Assembly (NCBI GenBank): GCA_963754315.1
Contig: CAVWFS010000007.1
Location: 352,001-416,000 of the forward strand
Direction of reading: 5' to 3'
Length of the DNA: 64,000 bases
Origin: an uncultured Candidatus Rokubacteria bacterium
GTDB taxonomy: Bacteria; Methylomirabilota; Methylomirabilia; Rokubacteriales; CSP1-6
Each line of letters starts with the position of its first letter. The first letter of the stretch is position 1. This document shows positions 19,706-30,512 of the stretch, piece after piece. The translations under genes were made by a program, and so were the position numbers. The notes under the pieces are model-generated. The model saw nothing but the letters and a program-made list of their open reading frames with translations. It was not told where the DNA came from and did no database searches.

Positions 19706-20112
19706 CGACTGCCGTTGATTCCTCCGTTCTGCTCGACGTGCTCGGAGCCGACCCACGCTTCGGCGCCGTGTCACGGGAGGCCCTGCGGACTGCCTACGAT
19801 ACGGGAGCCCTAATCGCGTGTGAGGTCGTGTGGGCGGAGGTGCGGGCTCACTTCGCGGACGATGCGACCTTCGAGAACGCCCTCCGCCTCTTGGGTGTAC
19901 GTTTCGACGCGATCGCCCCGGCCACCGCGTCGCTGGCCGGGTGGCTCTGGAGAACCAGCCGGAGCAACCCCCGTGAAGGCCGAGGCCGGGTCGTGGCCGA
20001 CTTCTTGGTCGGTGCCCATGCTGCGCGTCAGGCGGACGCGCTCCTCACGCGAGACCGCGGATTCTATCGGCGATATTTTCAGGTGGAGATCATCGACCCC
20101 AGCCAGGTCTGA
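19702..20112 (+). CDS. vapC: PIN-domain toxin
   Basis: TTG start overlaps the antitoxin stop; [26 protein letters not shown]. Confidence 0.85.
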   Translation: MTTAVDSSVLLDVLGADPRFGAVSREALRTAYDTGALIACEVVWAEVRAHFADDATFENALRLLGVRFDAIAPATASLAGWLWRTSRSNPREGRGRVVADFLVGAHAARQADALLTRDRGFYRRYFQVEIIDPSQV

Positions 20113-20114
20113 CG

Positions 20115-20150
20115 GCCGGGGCGCGCGGAAAAGGCCACCCGCGCCCCGGC
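20115..20150. terminator. hairpin between convergent genes
   Basis: 11-bp stem GCCGGGGCGCG/CGCGCCCCGGC. Confidence 0.5.
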
Positions 20151-20200
20151 GCGGGCTCAGGGATGTAAGGGGATCGCGCAGAAGCCGGCCAACGCCGAAG

Positions 20201-21958
20201 CTATTTTTTCGAGATGAGGAAGCGGTCCAGGGCGAGATGCGGGAGGCCCGAGCGCTCGAAGGTGTCCACGGCGTCCTCCGCGGAGCAGACGAGCGGCTCG
20301 CCGTGCAGGTTGTAGGATGTGTTCAGCACGGCCCCAATTCCCGTCCGTGCCTCGAACTCGCGGATGATCCGATGGTATCCCGGATTCCATGACTCCTCGA
20401 GAATGTGGGCACGGGCAGTGGCATCGTGAGGATGGATGGCCGCCACGATCTCCTCGCGGCCTTTGGCGCTGGTCGGAAACGCCAGCATCATATAGGGCGA
20501 GACCAGACCCTTGGGGTTGATCAGGTAGTCGGGCTCACGTTCCCGGAGAACCGTGGGAGCGAACGGCATCCAGAAATCGCGGTTCTTGATCATCCGGTTG
20601 ATGAGGGGCACCACGCGCTGATCGGCGGGATTGGCCAGAATCGATCGGTTGCCAAGGGCCCGCGCCCCGAACTCCATGCGCCCCTGACACCGCGCTACCA
20701 CACCGTCGGATACCAGCAAGTCAGCGATCTTGGCCTCCACGTCCTCGTGCTCGCTGACGTGGTACCGCGTGACGAGGTCGTGCGCCCGGATGACTGCTTC
20801 CGCCTCCTCGGCGGTGACGGCGGGTCCGAGGTAGGCCGGACCGAAAGGCCGGGGTGGCGGGAGGACGCTCGACTCGGCCCGTCCCCGCAGATAGCCGAGG
20901 TATGCGGCTCCCACCGCATTCGACTCATCACCGCAGGACGGAAAGACGAACAGGTCGCGTACCCACTCCTCCTCCGCCAACCGCATGTTGGCCTTCACGT
21001 TCATGAACACGCCGCCCCCGAGCGCGAGGCGCTCGCCGCCATAGCGCGAGTGCATGAGACGCGTCCACGCCAACAGGCATTCCTCGACGATCTGCTGGGC
21101 ACCGCCGGCGATGGCGTCAAAGCGGAGACCCAGGGTCTTCTCGAGCAGCAGACGATAGCGGGGCGCGCGTGCTTTCCAGGCAAAGAGGGCGGGTTGTTCC
21201 TCGACCATGTCGAAGGCCTGCCGGAGCGCCTCCGCCGCAATCTCGGTGCGCTGCGCCGATGCGTAGGGGGCTAGCCCCATCACCTTGTACTCATGCTCGC
21301 CCGCTTTCATCCCGAGGAGGACGGTCACCAGGGAATAGAAGGAGCCTAGCGAACCCGGCGCGGACGGCGTGGCCTCGTGACGATCAAGAGCCATTCCCCG
21401 CCCGGTCGAGGCGGTGGCGCACAGACCATCGCCCGAGTTGTCGTTGGTCAGCACGAGGGCGGGCGCTCCGGCGAGCGGTGCCCCGAAATACGCGGCCGCC
21501 GCGTGGCAGGTGTGGTGGTCGAGGCACACGATGCGCTCGGCGGGGACACCCAGATGGGCCTCCACGAAACCAAGCCGCTCCGCCTGGGAGATGCCGAATT
21601 TGCCGCGGGCCCGGCGCACGAGGCCCAACCTGGCGCCGAGCTTGCGACCGCGTCGCGCCACACGGTCGCGGGCTCCATCGAGACGTACCCCGTAGTACTC
21701 GCGATGGTAGGCCTCGTCGTGGAGCACCCGGTTCATCCACTCGCGGGAGGCAGCGCGCGCGCCCGCCAGCGCGACCACGTCGATCTCGGCGGGGGTAATG
21801 CCCAGATCACCGAGGAGAGCGTCGATGGCGCGCCGTGGGTAGCCGGCGTCGTTCTTCAGGCGCGAGAAGCGCTCCTCGGAGGCGCAGCCGACGATGGCGC
21901 CGTCACGGAGTACGGCCGCCGTCGCGCAGTGAGTCTCGCTGATGCCGAGGACGATCAT
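20201..21958 (-). CDS. NodU/CmcH-family carbamoyltransferase
   Basis: EERFSRLK, HHTCHAA, EYKVMGLAPY, EFGARALGNRSILA, LNTSYN. Confidence 0.93.
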   Translation of the reverse strand: MIVLGISETHCATAAVLRDGAIVGCASEERFSRLKNDAGYPRRAIDALLGDLGITPAEIDVVALAGARAASREWMNRVLHDEAYHREYYGVRLDGARDRVARRGRKLGARLGLVRRARGKFGISQAERLGFVEAHLGVPAERIVCLDHHTCHAAAAYFGAPLAGAPALVLTNDNSGDGLCATASTGRGMALDRHEATPSAPGSLGSFYSLVTVLLGMKAGEHEYKVMGLAPYASAQRTEIAAEALRQAFDMVEEQPALFAWKARAPRYRLLLEKTLGLRFDAIAGGAQQIVEECLLAWTRLMHSRYGGERLALGGGVFMNVKANMRLAEEEWVRDLFVFPSCGDESNAVGAAYLGYLRGRAESSVLPPPRPFGPAYLGPAVTAEEAEAVIRAHDLVTRYHVSEHEDVEAKIADLLVSDGVVARCQGRMEFGARALGNRSILANPADQRVVPLINRMIKNRDFWMPFAPTVLREREPDYLINPKGLVSPYMMLAFPTSAKGREEIVAAIHPHDATARAHILEESWNPGYHRIIREFEARTGIGAVLNTSYNLHGEPLVCSAEDAVDTFERSGLPHLALDRFLISKK

Positions 21959-22653
21959 CCGCGCTCGGCGATAGACAAGGTCAGGGCGCGCTGGCTCTCG
22001 CCGCGGCGGACGACCAGCCGCAGGGGTCGGTCCAGGTCGAGCTGGGCCAGGGTGTCCCGCGCGGCTTCGCGCGTGGACACGGCGGTGTCGTTGATCTGAA
22101 GAATCGTATCGCCGACTTCGAGGCCTGCCCGCATCGCGGCACTGCCGGGGACGACGACACCCACTGCAGCTCGCCCGATTGGTGCCCGCGCTCCTCCGGC
22201 TTCCGCTGACGGTTCGTTCTCGCGCAGGGCAAAGCCAAACTCGATACCGACCCGGTCACCGGCCAGAGGCGCGGGCATGGTGGTGAGACGTACGGTGAAC
22301 GGCTTCCGCCCCTCCTGGCGCAGTATGGTGAGTCGCACGTCGGCATCGGCGCCGGCCGCCGCGATCAGACGCTGCAGCAGCCGGGTCTCGGTGACGGGCC
22401 GGCCGTCAAGGGCTACCACGATGTCCCCGTTCTTGATTCCGGCCCGCGCGGCCGGCGTGTCCTCGATCACCTCGACGACGACAACCCCGAACCCTTCGCG
22501 GATGCCGTGACGGGCTGCCACGCTTTCCATTTCCTGCTCCGACATGTCCCGGATGCGCACCCCGAGCCAGGCCCAGGGGCGTGCCTCGGCCACTGACACG
22601 AGACAGAGCGTCAGGGCGGCTACCCGCAGGAGGCGCTGAACCCACTTACCCAC
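21955..22653 (-). CDS. secreted tandem-PDZ domain protein
   Basis: Signal peptide; WLGV…TPAARAGIKNGD and GSAAMRAGLEVGD. Confidence 0.85.
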   Translation of the reverse strand: MGKWVQRLLRVAALTLCLVSVAEARPWAWLGVRIRDMSEQEMESVAARHGIREGFGVVVVEVIEDTPAARAGIKNGDIVVALDGRPVTETRLLQRLIAAAGADADVRLTILRQEGRKPFTVRLTTMPAPLAGDRVGIEFGFALRENEPSAEAGGARAPIGRAAVGVVVPGSAAMRAGLEVGDTILQINDTAVSTREAARDTLAQLDLDRPLRLVVRRGESQRALTLSIAERG

Positions 22654-23293
22654 GGTCGCGCCTCCCCTGGATGTCCTTCGTCAGGCTCTCCAGTGCGCTC
22701 GAAAGCAGGACCAGACGCTCGCGGACGTCGACCGTCTCCAGGAGGCGCTGACGAATCGCCGCGTCAGGGACGACGGCAGCCGCCACGCGGTCCGCCGCCA
22801 CACCCGGGGACTGCTCCTCGGCGAACACAGGCTCGAGGAGGTCGGGTGACCGGCCGAGCAGGGTCAGCAAACGACGACAGACCTCACGGATTCCGCCCAC
22901 CAGCGGTGAGACGTCCTCGCGGGGGGCGACGTCGTCGAGTCGGCGCCCCACGGCCACCCGATACAAGGTGTCAGTGGGATGCTCGCGCTCGATCCGCAGG
23001 CGCGCTTCCCCTTTCATCAGGATGTTGTAGCGGCCGGTGGGGAGACGTTCCCATTTGACGATCTCACCTGCCCCTGCCACTGACCGCACAGCCGGCTTCT
23101 GGGCGTAGGTGGCCTCGTAGCCAGGCAAGAGCTGGACGATGCACAGACGGCGGTCCCGAGCCAGCGCATCGGTCACCATCGCACGGTACCGCCCCTCGAA
23201 GATGTGCAAAGGCAGCAGTGTGTGCGGAAAGAAGGTGACCTCCGGGAGGGGGAACATCGGCAGGACGACGGGATCGGAAGCCGCGGCGCTCAC
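22646..23293 (-). CDS. LON peptidase substrate-binding domain protein
   Basis: LPMFPL…LPLHIFEGRYRAMV. Confidence 0.88.
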   Translation of the reverse strand: MSAAASDPVVLPMFPLPEVTFFPHTLLPLHIFEGRYRAMVTDALARDRRLCIVQLLPGYEATYAQKPAVRSVAGAGEIVKWERLPTGRYNILMKGEARLRIEREHPTDTLYRVAVGRRLDDVAPREDVSPLVGGIREVCRRLLTLLGRSPDLLEPVFAEEQSPGVAADRVAAAVVPDAAIRQRLLETVDVRERLVLLSSALESLTKDIQGRRDRG

Positions 23294-24399
23294 CCGATCT
23301 TCGGCAGGGTCAACAACGGCGCCAGCTCGCCGAGGCGCCGCGTCACGGCGACTGCGAGGTCCCGAAACGCGCCCGCCTGGGGCGAGTCGGGGTGGCGCAC
23401 GGTGATCGGGGTGCCCTCGTCGCCCCCGGCACGTACCTCGGGATCGAGCGGTATCTGGGCCAAGAGCGGCACTCCGTACTCATCGGCGACCCGCTGACCG
23501 CCGCCTTCTCCGAAGATCGCATAACGCGTTCCGGTATCGGGGGCCACGAAGTAGCTCATGTTCTCCACGATGCCAAGAATGGGCACGTTCAACCGCTGGA
23601 ACATGCCGATCGCCTTCCGGACGTCGAGGAGCGCGACGTCTTGAGGTGTGGTCACCATGACGACTCCGCTCAACGGGATCACTTGGGACAGTGACAGTTG
23701 GGCGTCTCCGGTCCCTGGGGGCATGTCGAAGAGAAGGTAGTCCAGCGCTCCCCACATCACATCTCGGAGCATCTGCTGGATGAACGAATGGATCATGGGG
23801 CCGCGCCAGACGAGCGGCTCACGGTCGCTCACCAGGAGCCCGATGGACATCATCTTCAGCCCATGGGCCTCCACGGGAATGATCCGATTGTCGAACATCC
23901 CCGGCTTGCCCCGCGCCCCGAGCATGAGCGGGATGTCGGGCCCGTACACGTCGGAGTCGATCAGGCCCACCGTCGCCCGCATGCCCCGCAGGGCGAGGGC
24001 GAGGTTGACGGCGACCGTGGACTTGCCGACTCCACCCTTGCCCGACGAGACCGCGATGGTCGTCCGTACCTCGGGGATGAGGTCAGCTGCGGGAGCCGAT
24101 TCCTGCTGATGCCCATGGGTGTGAGCCTGGCCCGGAGCTGTCGGCCGGCCCGCCGGCGATGCCGCGACCATCTTCACCTGGACCTTGCTCACGCCCGGGA
24201 CCTGACCCACCGCGCGTGAGGCGCCACTGTGCAGAGCCACCTTGGTTCCGGCCGGTTGACCCGTAAAGGCCAGCGAGAACGACACCTCGGAGTCTCGAAT
24301 CGCAAGGTCCCGGATCATGCCGAGAGAGACGACGTCCTGCTGGCTCGCCGGATCTTTGACCGCGCGGAGCGCGTCGAGGACGGCCTGCTCACTGACCAT
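23290..24399 (-). CDS. mrp: Mrp/NBP35 (ApbC) ATP-binding protein with N-terminal DUF59-like domain
   Basis: SGKGGVGKST, WRGPM, DMPPGTGD, GIVENMS. Confidence 0.92.
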   Translation of the reverse strand: MVSEQAVLDALRAVKDPASQQDVVSLGMIRDLAIRDSEVSFSLAFTGQPAGTKVALHSGASRAVGQVPGVSKVQVKMVAASPAGRPTAPGQAHTHGHQQESAPAADLIPEVRTTIAVSSGKGGVGKSTVAVNLALALRGMRATVGLIDSDVYGPDIPLMLGARGKPGMFDNRIIPVEAHGLKMMSIGLLVSDREPLVWRGPMIHSFIQQMLRDVMWGALDYLLFDMPPGTGDAQLSLSQVIPLSGVVMVTTPQDVALLDVRKAIGMFQRLNVPILGIVENMSYFVAPDTGTRYAIFGEGGGQRVADEYGVPLLAQIPLDPEVRAGGDEGTPITVRHPDSPQAGAFRDLAVAVTRRLGELAPLLTLPKIG

Positions 24400-24464
24400 G
24401 ACAGGGGCACTATACCATTCGCCGATCTTGCATTCACGACCGGCAACTGCTACATAAGGAAACC

Positions 24465-24950
24465 GTGATCAGCTCTGATGAATTTCGACATGTTCTCGGT
24501 CACTTCGCCACGGGCGTCACCGTGGTCACCACGCTCGACGACGCCGACCGGCCGACCGGCCTGACGGCCAGCTCCTTCACGTCCGTGTCCCTCGATCCGC
24601 CCCTCATCCTCGTGTGCGTCGATCACAAGGCTGTGTCCTATCCGGCTCTGCGCGACGCGGGCCGGTTCGCGGTGAACATCCTGCACACCGACCAGGAGCA
24701 GCTGTCCCGGCGGTTTGCCACCACCCGCATCGAGAACAAGTTCGAGGGGGTGGAGTACTCGCTGACGGCGCTTCGGCTGCCCATCCTGAAGAACGTCCAC
24801 GCCTACCTGGAGTGCACCACCGTGAGCACGCACCTCGCGGGTGACCACACGATCTTCGTCGGTCGCGTTGAGAGCGCCGAGGCCGGTGATGGCCATCCCC
24901 TCCTGTACTACCGCGGCCGCTACGACCGTCTGGGGGCGGCCGAGCTTGAC
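24465..24950 (+). CDS. flavin reductase domain; reads in frame into the downstream glycosyltransferase
   Basis: FRHVLGHFATGVTVVT, SVSLDPPL, AGDHTIFVG, PLLYYRG; end approximate. Confidence 0.85.
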
Positions 24951-25031
24951 GGCGAGCCGGAGCCGTCGCATGTCGGGCTGCCACGCCGAGGCCGAGATCG
25001 GCGCGGCGGCGGTGCGGGTGTCTTCCGGGCG

Positions 25032-26141
25032 TTGAGCCCGCTGCGCATCCTCCAGCTCTATCCCAAGGACGACTACTTCACCGGCGCTGCGGTCCAGCTT
25101 CGCGAGCTTGCCGACGGCCTTCGACGCCGCGGCCACGACGTCGTCATCGCCACGCGCCCAAGCGCGGTGTGGGCCGAGAAGGCGCGCCAGCTCGACATCA
25201 CCCACTATCCGGTACGCATGGCCTCCGAGGTCGATCTCGGATCGGTTCGCCAGCTCGCGCGCATTCTGAGGAGCCACCGCGTCCAAATCGTCCATGCGCA
25301 CAAGGGCAAGGCGCGGACCCTGGCCATGCTGGCCGGTCTCTTCGTGCGTGTTCCCGTCATCGTTTTGAACCGCGGGGTCAGCTTTCCCCTTGATCCCTTC
25401 AGCCGGCTCGGATACACGACGCGCCGCGTGACCGCAATCGTCGCGGTCTGCGAGTCGATCAAGCAACGCTTGGTCGCGTCCGGGGTCTCGGCCGAGAAGA
25501 TCGAGGTGATCTACTCAGGCACCGACACCGATCGCTTCCACCCCGGAGTCGATGGCGGCGGCCTGCGCAAGGAGCTGGGGTTGAGCGCCGATCACGCGCT
25601 GATCACCCAGATCGGAGTCCGTAGTCGGAAGGGCAACGACGACGTGATCGATGCCATGGCGCGCGTGATCGTGCGCGCGCCCCACTGCCGGTTGCTCCTG
25701 GTGGGGGCGCGCCGGCCCGCCTCCTTGGAGGAGCGTGCACGGGCCCGTGGCCTCGGTGAGGTTGTGCATGTCCTCGGTTATCGAGAGGACATTCCCGAGA
25801 TCTTGCGGGCGAGCGACTGCTGCGTCGACGCGTCGTGGGCGGGGCACGGACTCACCGGGGCCCTGCGCGAGGCGCTCGCCGTCGGAACGCCCGTCGTCGC
25901 CACCGATCTCGAGGGCAATCCTGAGCTCGTCCGACACGGTGTGACGGGGCTCCTTGTTCCGGCCCGCGACGTCTCTGCCCTGGCCGATGCAGTTCTGCAA
26001 CTGGTCTCCGCGCCCGATCGGGCCAGGGCCATGGGACGGGCCGGACGCGCGCTCGTCCTCGCGCAGTTCTCCACCCGCGTGAAGATCGAACGGACCGAAG
26101 CTCTCTATCGACGCCTGCTCACGGCGTCGATGGCACGCTGA
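25032..26141 (+). CDS. glycosyltransferase family 4
   Basis: VIYSGTDTDRF, LGYREDIP, EALAVGTPVVATD; in-frame TTG at 25032. Confidence 0.85.
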   Translation: MSPLRILQLYPKDDYFTGAAVQLRELADGLRRRGHDVVIATRPSAVWAEKARQLDITHYPVRMASEVDLGSVRQLARILRSHRVQIVHAHKGKARTLAMLAGLFVRVPVIVLNRGVSFPLDPFSRLGYTTRRVTAIVAVCESIKQRLVASGVSAEKIEVIYSGTDTDRFHPGVDGGGLRKELGLSADHALITQIGVRSRKGNDDVIDAMARVIVRAPHCRLLLVGARRPASLEERARARGLGEVVHVLGYREDIPEILRASDCCVDASWAGHGLTGALREALAVGTPVVATDLEGNPELVRHGVTGLLVPARDVSALADAVLQLVSAPDRARAMGRAGRALVLAQFSTRVKIERTEALYRRLLTASMAR

Positions 26142-26156
26142 GACCGGCTGGCCGCC

Positions 26157-27963
26157 TCAGGCGATCCAGCTCAGCGGGTCTTCGTCGCGGCTGGGCTGGT
26201 GGCCTTCGATGAAGATGCGATGCCAGATAGCCAGCTGGAGCAGCTCCCACAGCTCGCGGGTGGCGTTGCCGTGCGTGCGCTGGGCTCGCACCAGCTCGGC
26301 GACCCCGTCGGGCCGGAACCAGCGCCGGATGATCGGATGAGTTGGCAGGCGGCAGGCAAGGGCGTCGAGGAACGTGCCGTGCAACCACCGGCCCACCGGC
26401 ACGTAGAAGCCTCGCTTGCGGCGCCACAAGTGCTCGGGCGGAAGCCGGCGTTCCGCCCAGCGCTTGAGGAATAGCTTGCCCTGTCGGCGGCTCACCTTGA
26501 GCGTGTCGGGCAGGCCGAAGGCAAACTCGACGATGCGGTGGTCCAGATAGGGCACGCGCCCTTCGAGTCCGAAGCCCATCAGCACACGATCAGCCTTCAC
26601 CAGCAGGTCGTCAGGCAAATAGGTGACCACGTCCGTGTACTGGCAGCGCGTGGTGTTGCTCCAGGCACGAGGGGTAGCTCGCCAGGCCTCGATGAAGGGC
26701 CTGCGCCACGCCGCGGCAGCCGCGCGCAGCTCGGTCCCGAACACGCGGCGAGCCCAACCCGCCCGCCAGCGGGGGCGCGTGCGAAAGCCGCCCGACCCTG
26801 GCCGCAAGAGATTCTGGGCCCAGCGCTGGAGCGCTGGCCGACGATAGCGGCTGTAACCGGCGAAGACCTCGTCTCCTCCTTCTCCCGGTGAGTACCACCT
26901 TGAGGCTCCGGGCAGCCTCCTCGGCCAGGAACGAGGTGGGCAAGCTCGCGTAGTCGTAGAGGAGATCGTCGGTAGACCAGACGGTGTGAGGGAGGCGTCG
27001 GAACACGCGGTCGCGATCGAGCACGATCTCGGTGTGCTCCGCGCCGAAACGGCGGGCCACCGCCGCCGCCTCGACGCGCTCGTCTGCGGTGCCTCCCTCG
27101 GGGTAGCCCACCGAGAACGTCCGCACGGGGCGTCCGGTCAGCTCCGTGACCATTGCGAGCAGGACGCCGGAATCGACCCCGCCCGACAGGAACAGGCCGT
27201 AGGGTACATCCGCCCTGAGGTGCTCGAGCATCACCTGGCGGAACAACGGCTCGAACTCCGCCACCGCCTGGCCGAAGTCGAGGGCACGCGGGCGCACGTG
27301 CAGCGGCGACCAGTAGACCTGCTCGCGCAGATTCAATTCGGCGTCGATGACCAGGGCCGTGGCGGGAGGCAAGCGGCGAATGCCGCGGATCAGGCTGCTC
27401 GCGCCACCGTTGAACTGATTCTGCAGCGACTGCACGAGGGCCTCCGGGTCCAGCTCCGGCTCATGGGGCCACACGGCGAGCAATGCCTTGACCTCCGAGG
27501 CGAACAGCACTCGATCCGGCAGCCGGGCATAGTAGAGCGGCTTGACTCCGAGACGGTCGCGGGCGAGCACCAGACGCCCCTTCTGGGCGTCGTGCAGCGC
27601 GAAGGCGAACATCCCATTCAACGACGCGAGCGCGTCGAGGCCATCAAGGGCGTAGAGATGAAGGATGGTCTCACTGTCGGAGGCGGTGGCGAAACGCCGC
27701 CCGCGGGCCTCGAGGAGGCGGCGCAATTCGATGAAGTTGTAGATTTCGCCATTGGCCACCAGGGCCAGGTCGCCGCCGACCATCGGCTGGTGACCGCCCT
27801 CGAGATCGATGATCGACAGGCGTGTCTGGACGAGCCCGAGCGGCCCCGCCACGTAGAGCCCGAGGTCGTCTGGCCCTCGGTGGGCGAGGGCGGCCGCCAT
27901 GCGCCGCAACGCGCCTTCGTCGACCCGACCGTCCCTCAGCAGGATGCCGGCGATACCACACAT
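26157..27963 (-). CDS. asnB: asparagine synthase (glutamine-hydrolysing) family amidotransferase; frameshift near 26880
   Basis: MCGIAG, HRGPD, NGEIYN, FLSGGVDS, LLVKADR, RVPYLD. Confidence 0.9.
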
Positions 27964-27995
27964 GGTTGTGAGGATAGTTCAATATAATTCCCGTC

Positions 27996-29742
27996 ATGCA
28001 GATGTTCGTGGCACCGTTCCGGCGACTGGCGCCGTACCTCAGGCCTCACCTGCCGACCCTCGCCCTGGGCGGGCTCTGCGCGGTGGTGGCGGGAGCCATG
28101 GAGGGTGCCATCGCATGGCTGGTCAAGCCGGCCATGGACGAGATCTTTGTCCGACGCGATCTCTTCATGCTCAAGCTGATCCCCTTCGCCGTGCTCGGTG
28201 CCTACGTGGTCAAAGGGGTGGGGACCTACTTGCAGTGGTACCTCATGGCCTCGGTGGGGCAGCGAGTGATCGCGCGACTGCGCCGCGATCTGTTCCTGCA
28301 CATCCAGGACATGCCCCTCGCCTTCTTCAGCGGGACCCATTCGGCCGAGCTCATGTCGCGCATGCTCAACGACGTCAGCCGGCTGGCGCGTCTGTCGTCG
28401 ACGGTGCTGGTCCAGCTGGTGCGCCACACGGGCACCGTGGTCGCCCTCCTCGTCGTGATGCTCATCCGAGAACCCGTGCTGACCATGGCCGCCCTCGTCA
28501 CCTTTCCCCTCATCGCCCTCGTGGTCCAGGTGGTCGGCCGCCGCCTCTATCGGATCAACAAGCGCGAGCAAGAGCAAGTGGCAGAGCTGGCCATCTTTCT
28601 CCAGGAGTCCTTCAGTGGGGCGAAGATCGTCAAGATCTTCGGGCGCGAACGCGAAGCCGCAGGGGCGGTTCGACGGGCTGAACGAGCGCCTGCTGCGTCT
28701 ATCCCTGAAGAACATCCGTACCGATCACATGACGCAACCCCTCCTGGAGATCGCCAGCGCGGTGGCCATCGTGGGCATCCTGTTCTACGGTGGGTATCAG
28801 GTCATCAGCGGCGCCCGGACGCCGGGGGTGTTCTTCTCGTTCATCGCGGCCGTGATCATGCTCTACGGTCCCGCCCGGCAACTGGCTCGCATGATCAACG
28901 CCATTCAGCAGACGACCGGTTCCGTGGAGCGGGTCTTCGAGATCCTCGACGCTCCTAGCGCGGTCCGAGACCAGCCCGGCGCTCACCCCTTGACCGGCTT
29001 TCACGAGAGCATTGCTTTTGAGGGGGTCACCTTTGAATACCCGGATGCCAAAGCGCCGGTCCTGCGTGATATCAACCTCACCATCGACCGGGGCGAGGTG
29101 GTGGCCTTCGTCGGGATGAGTGGCGCTGGCAAATCGACCTTGCTCGATCTGCTTCCGCGTTTCCATGACGTGAGCGCGGGCCGGATCGCCATCGACGGGC
29201 ACGATGTGCGCGAGATCACCCAGAGCTCGCTGCGAGCCCTCATGGGCGTGGTCACCCAGGAGACGTTCCTCTTCAGCGGCTCGATCCTCGACAACATCCG
29301 GTACGGTCGGCCCGATGCGACGCTCGCGGACGTGGTCGAGGCATCGCGGCTCGCCCATGCTCACGAGTTCGTCCAGGCCTGCCCGCAGGGCTACGAGACC
29401 TTGGTGGGTGAGCGTGGGGTCCGCCTGTCCGGAGGCCAGCGGCAGCGGGTCGCCATCGCGCGCGCCTTCCTGCGAAACCCGCCGATCCTCATTCTGGACG
29501 AGGCAACGTCGGACCTCGACGCCGAGAGCGAATTCATGATCCAGCAGGCGCTCCTCGACCTGATGAAGGGACGCACCGTGCTGGTCATCGCCCACCGTCT
29601 GGCAACGGTCCGCACGGCCGACCGCATCGTCGTGATCGACGACGGACGCATCGTCGAGGTCGGCCGCCATGACGAGCTCCTCGCGCGCCCCGGTGTCTAC
29701 CGCCGCTTTCACGCCCTTCAAATGGAGGGCGTGCGGACCTGA
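27996..29742 (+). CDS. ABC exporter (TMD+NBD), MsbA-like; frameshift near 28655
   Basis: TM domain, then GMSGAGKST, LSGGQRQR, ILDEATS. Confidence 0.9.
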
Positions 29743-29744
29743 CC

Positions 29745-30512
29745 CTATCGCGGCGCGCTCGTCTTCGCCGCCATGGCCAGCGCGGAGGCGGCGATGGCCA
29801 GGGCGCGGCGCGCATCCTGGTCTAGCCCCGTCGTATCGCCTTCCCACAGGTCGAGGATCACCGCACCCTGGTCGGTGGCGATCCTGACACGCCCGCCCCC
29901 TGCCGGCAGCCGCAATCCTCGCTGTCCGAACTGGTGGCGGGTTTCTCCCGCCGCGAACAGCGTCTCGGCGTTCAGCTCGATCGTCGCCCGCGCGGATGGG
30001 TCGACGTCCCGCGGCGAACAGGCAAGCACGCGGTCGTTGCCGGAGCGCAAGACGAGCCGGGACAGGCCGAACGCCCGGCGCAATTCGTCCAGGGCCGTGT
30101 CGAGCGGCTGCCCCGCCGCGAGCGGCGCCACCACCCGCTGCAGGGCATCCAGGTCGTCCCGCGCCCGGCTGGCGGCTCGCGATGAGCGCTCGCGATGGGT
30201 GCCGAAGGCGGCCGCGATGAGACCACAGATCGCCATGGCAAAGAACGCCACGACGTCGTCGGTCTTCGACATGGTCAAGGTCAGGTACGGCTCGGTCAGG
30301 AAGAAGTTCAGGCTCATGGCCGAGACGACGGCCGACACGAGGGCCGCTGTACGTCCGCCGAATTCCGCCACGATGACCGTATAGGCGATGAAGACGAAGG
30401 CAAGGTTGGAAGCCGTGGTGAGCGTGCGCAGGGGGACGAGGAGGACGCCGATGGCGATCGCTCCCAGGATGCCGGCCGGAATCCAGAATCGGCTGCGGTC
30501 GTCAACGTCCAT
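29745..30512 (-). CDS. DUF4118 (KdpD-like transmembrane) domain protein
   Basis: Four TM helices ending LNFFLTEPYLTL; no kinase domain. Confidence 0.7.
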   Translation of the reverse strand: MDVDDRSRFWIPAGILGAIAIGVLLVPLRTLTTASNLAFVFIAYTVIVAEFGGRTAALVSAVVSAMSLNFFLTEPYLTLTMSKTDDVVAFFAMAICGLIAAAFGTHRERSSRAASRARDDLDALQRVVAPLAAGQPLDTALDELRRAFGLSRLVLRSGNDRVLACSPRDVDPSARATIELNAETLFAAGETRHQFGQRGLRLPAGGGRVRIATDQGAVILDLWEGDTTGLDQDARRALAIAASALAMAAKTSAPR

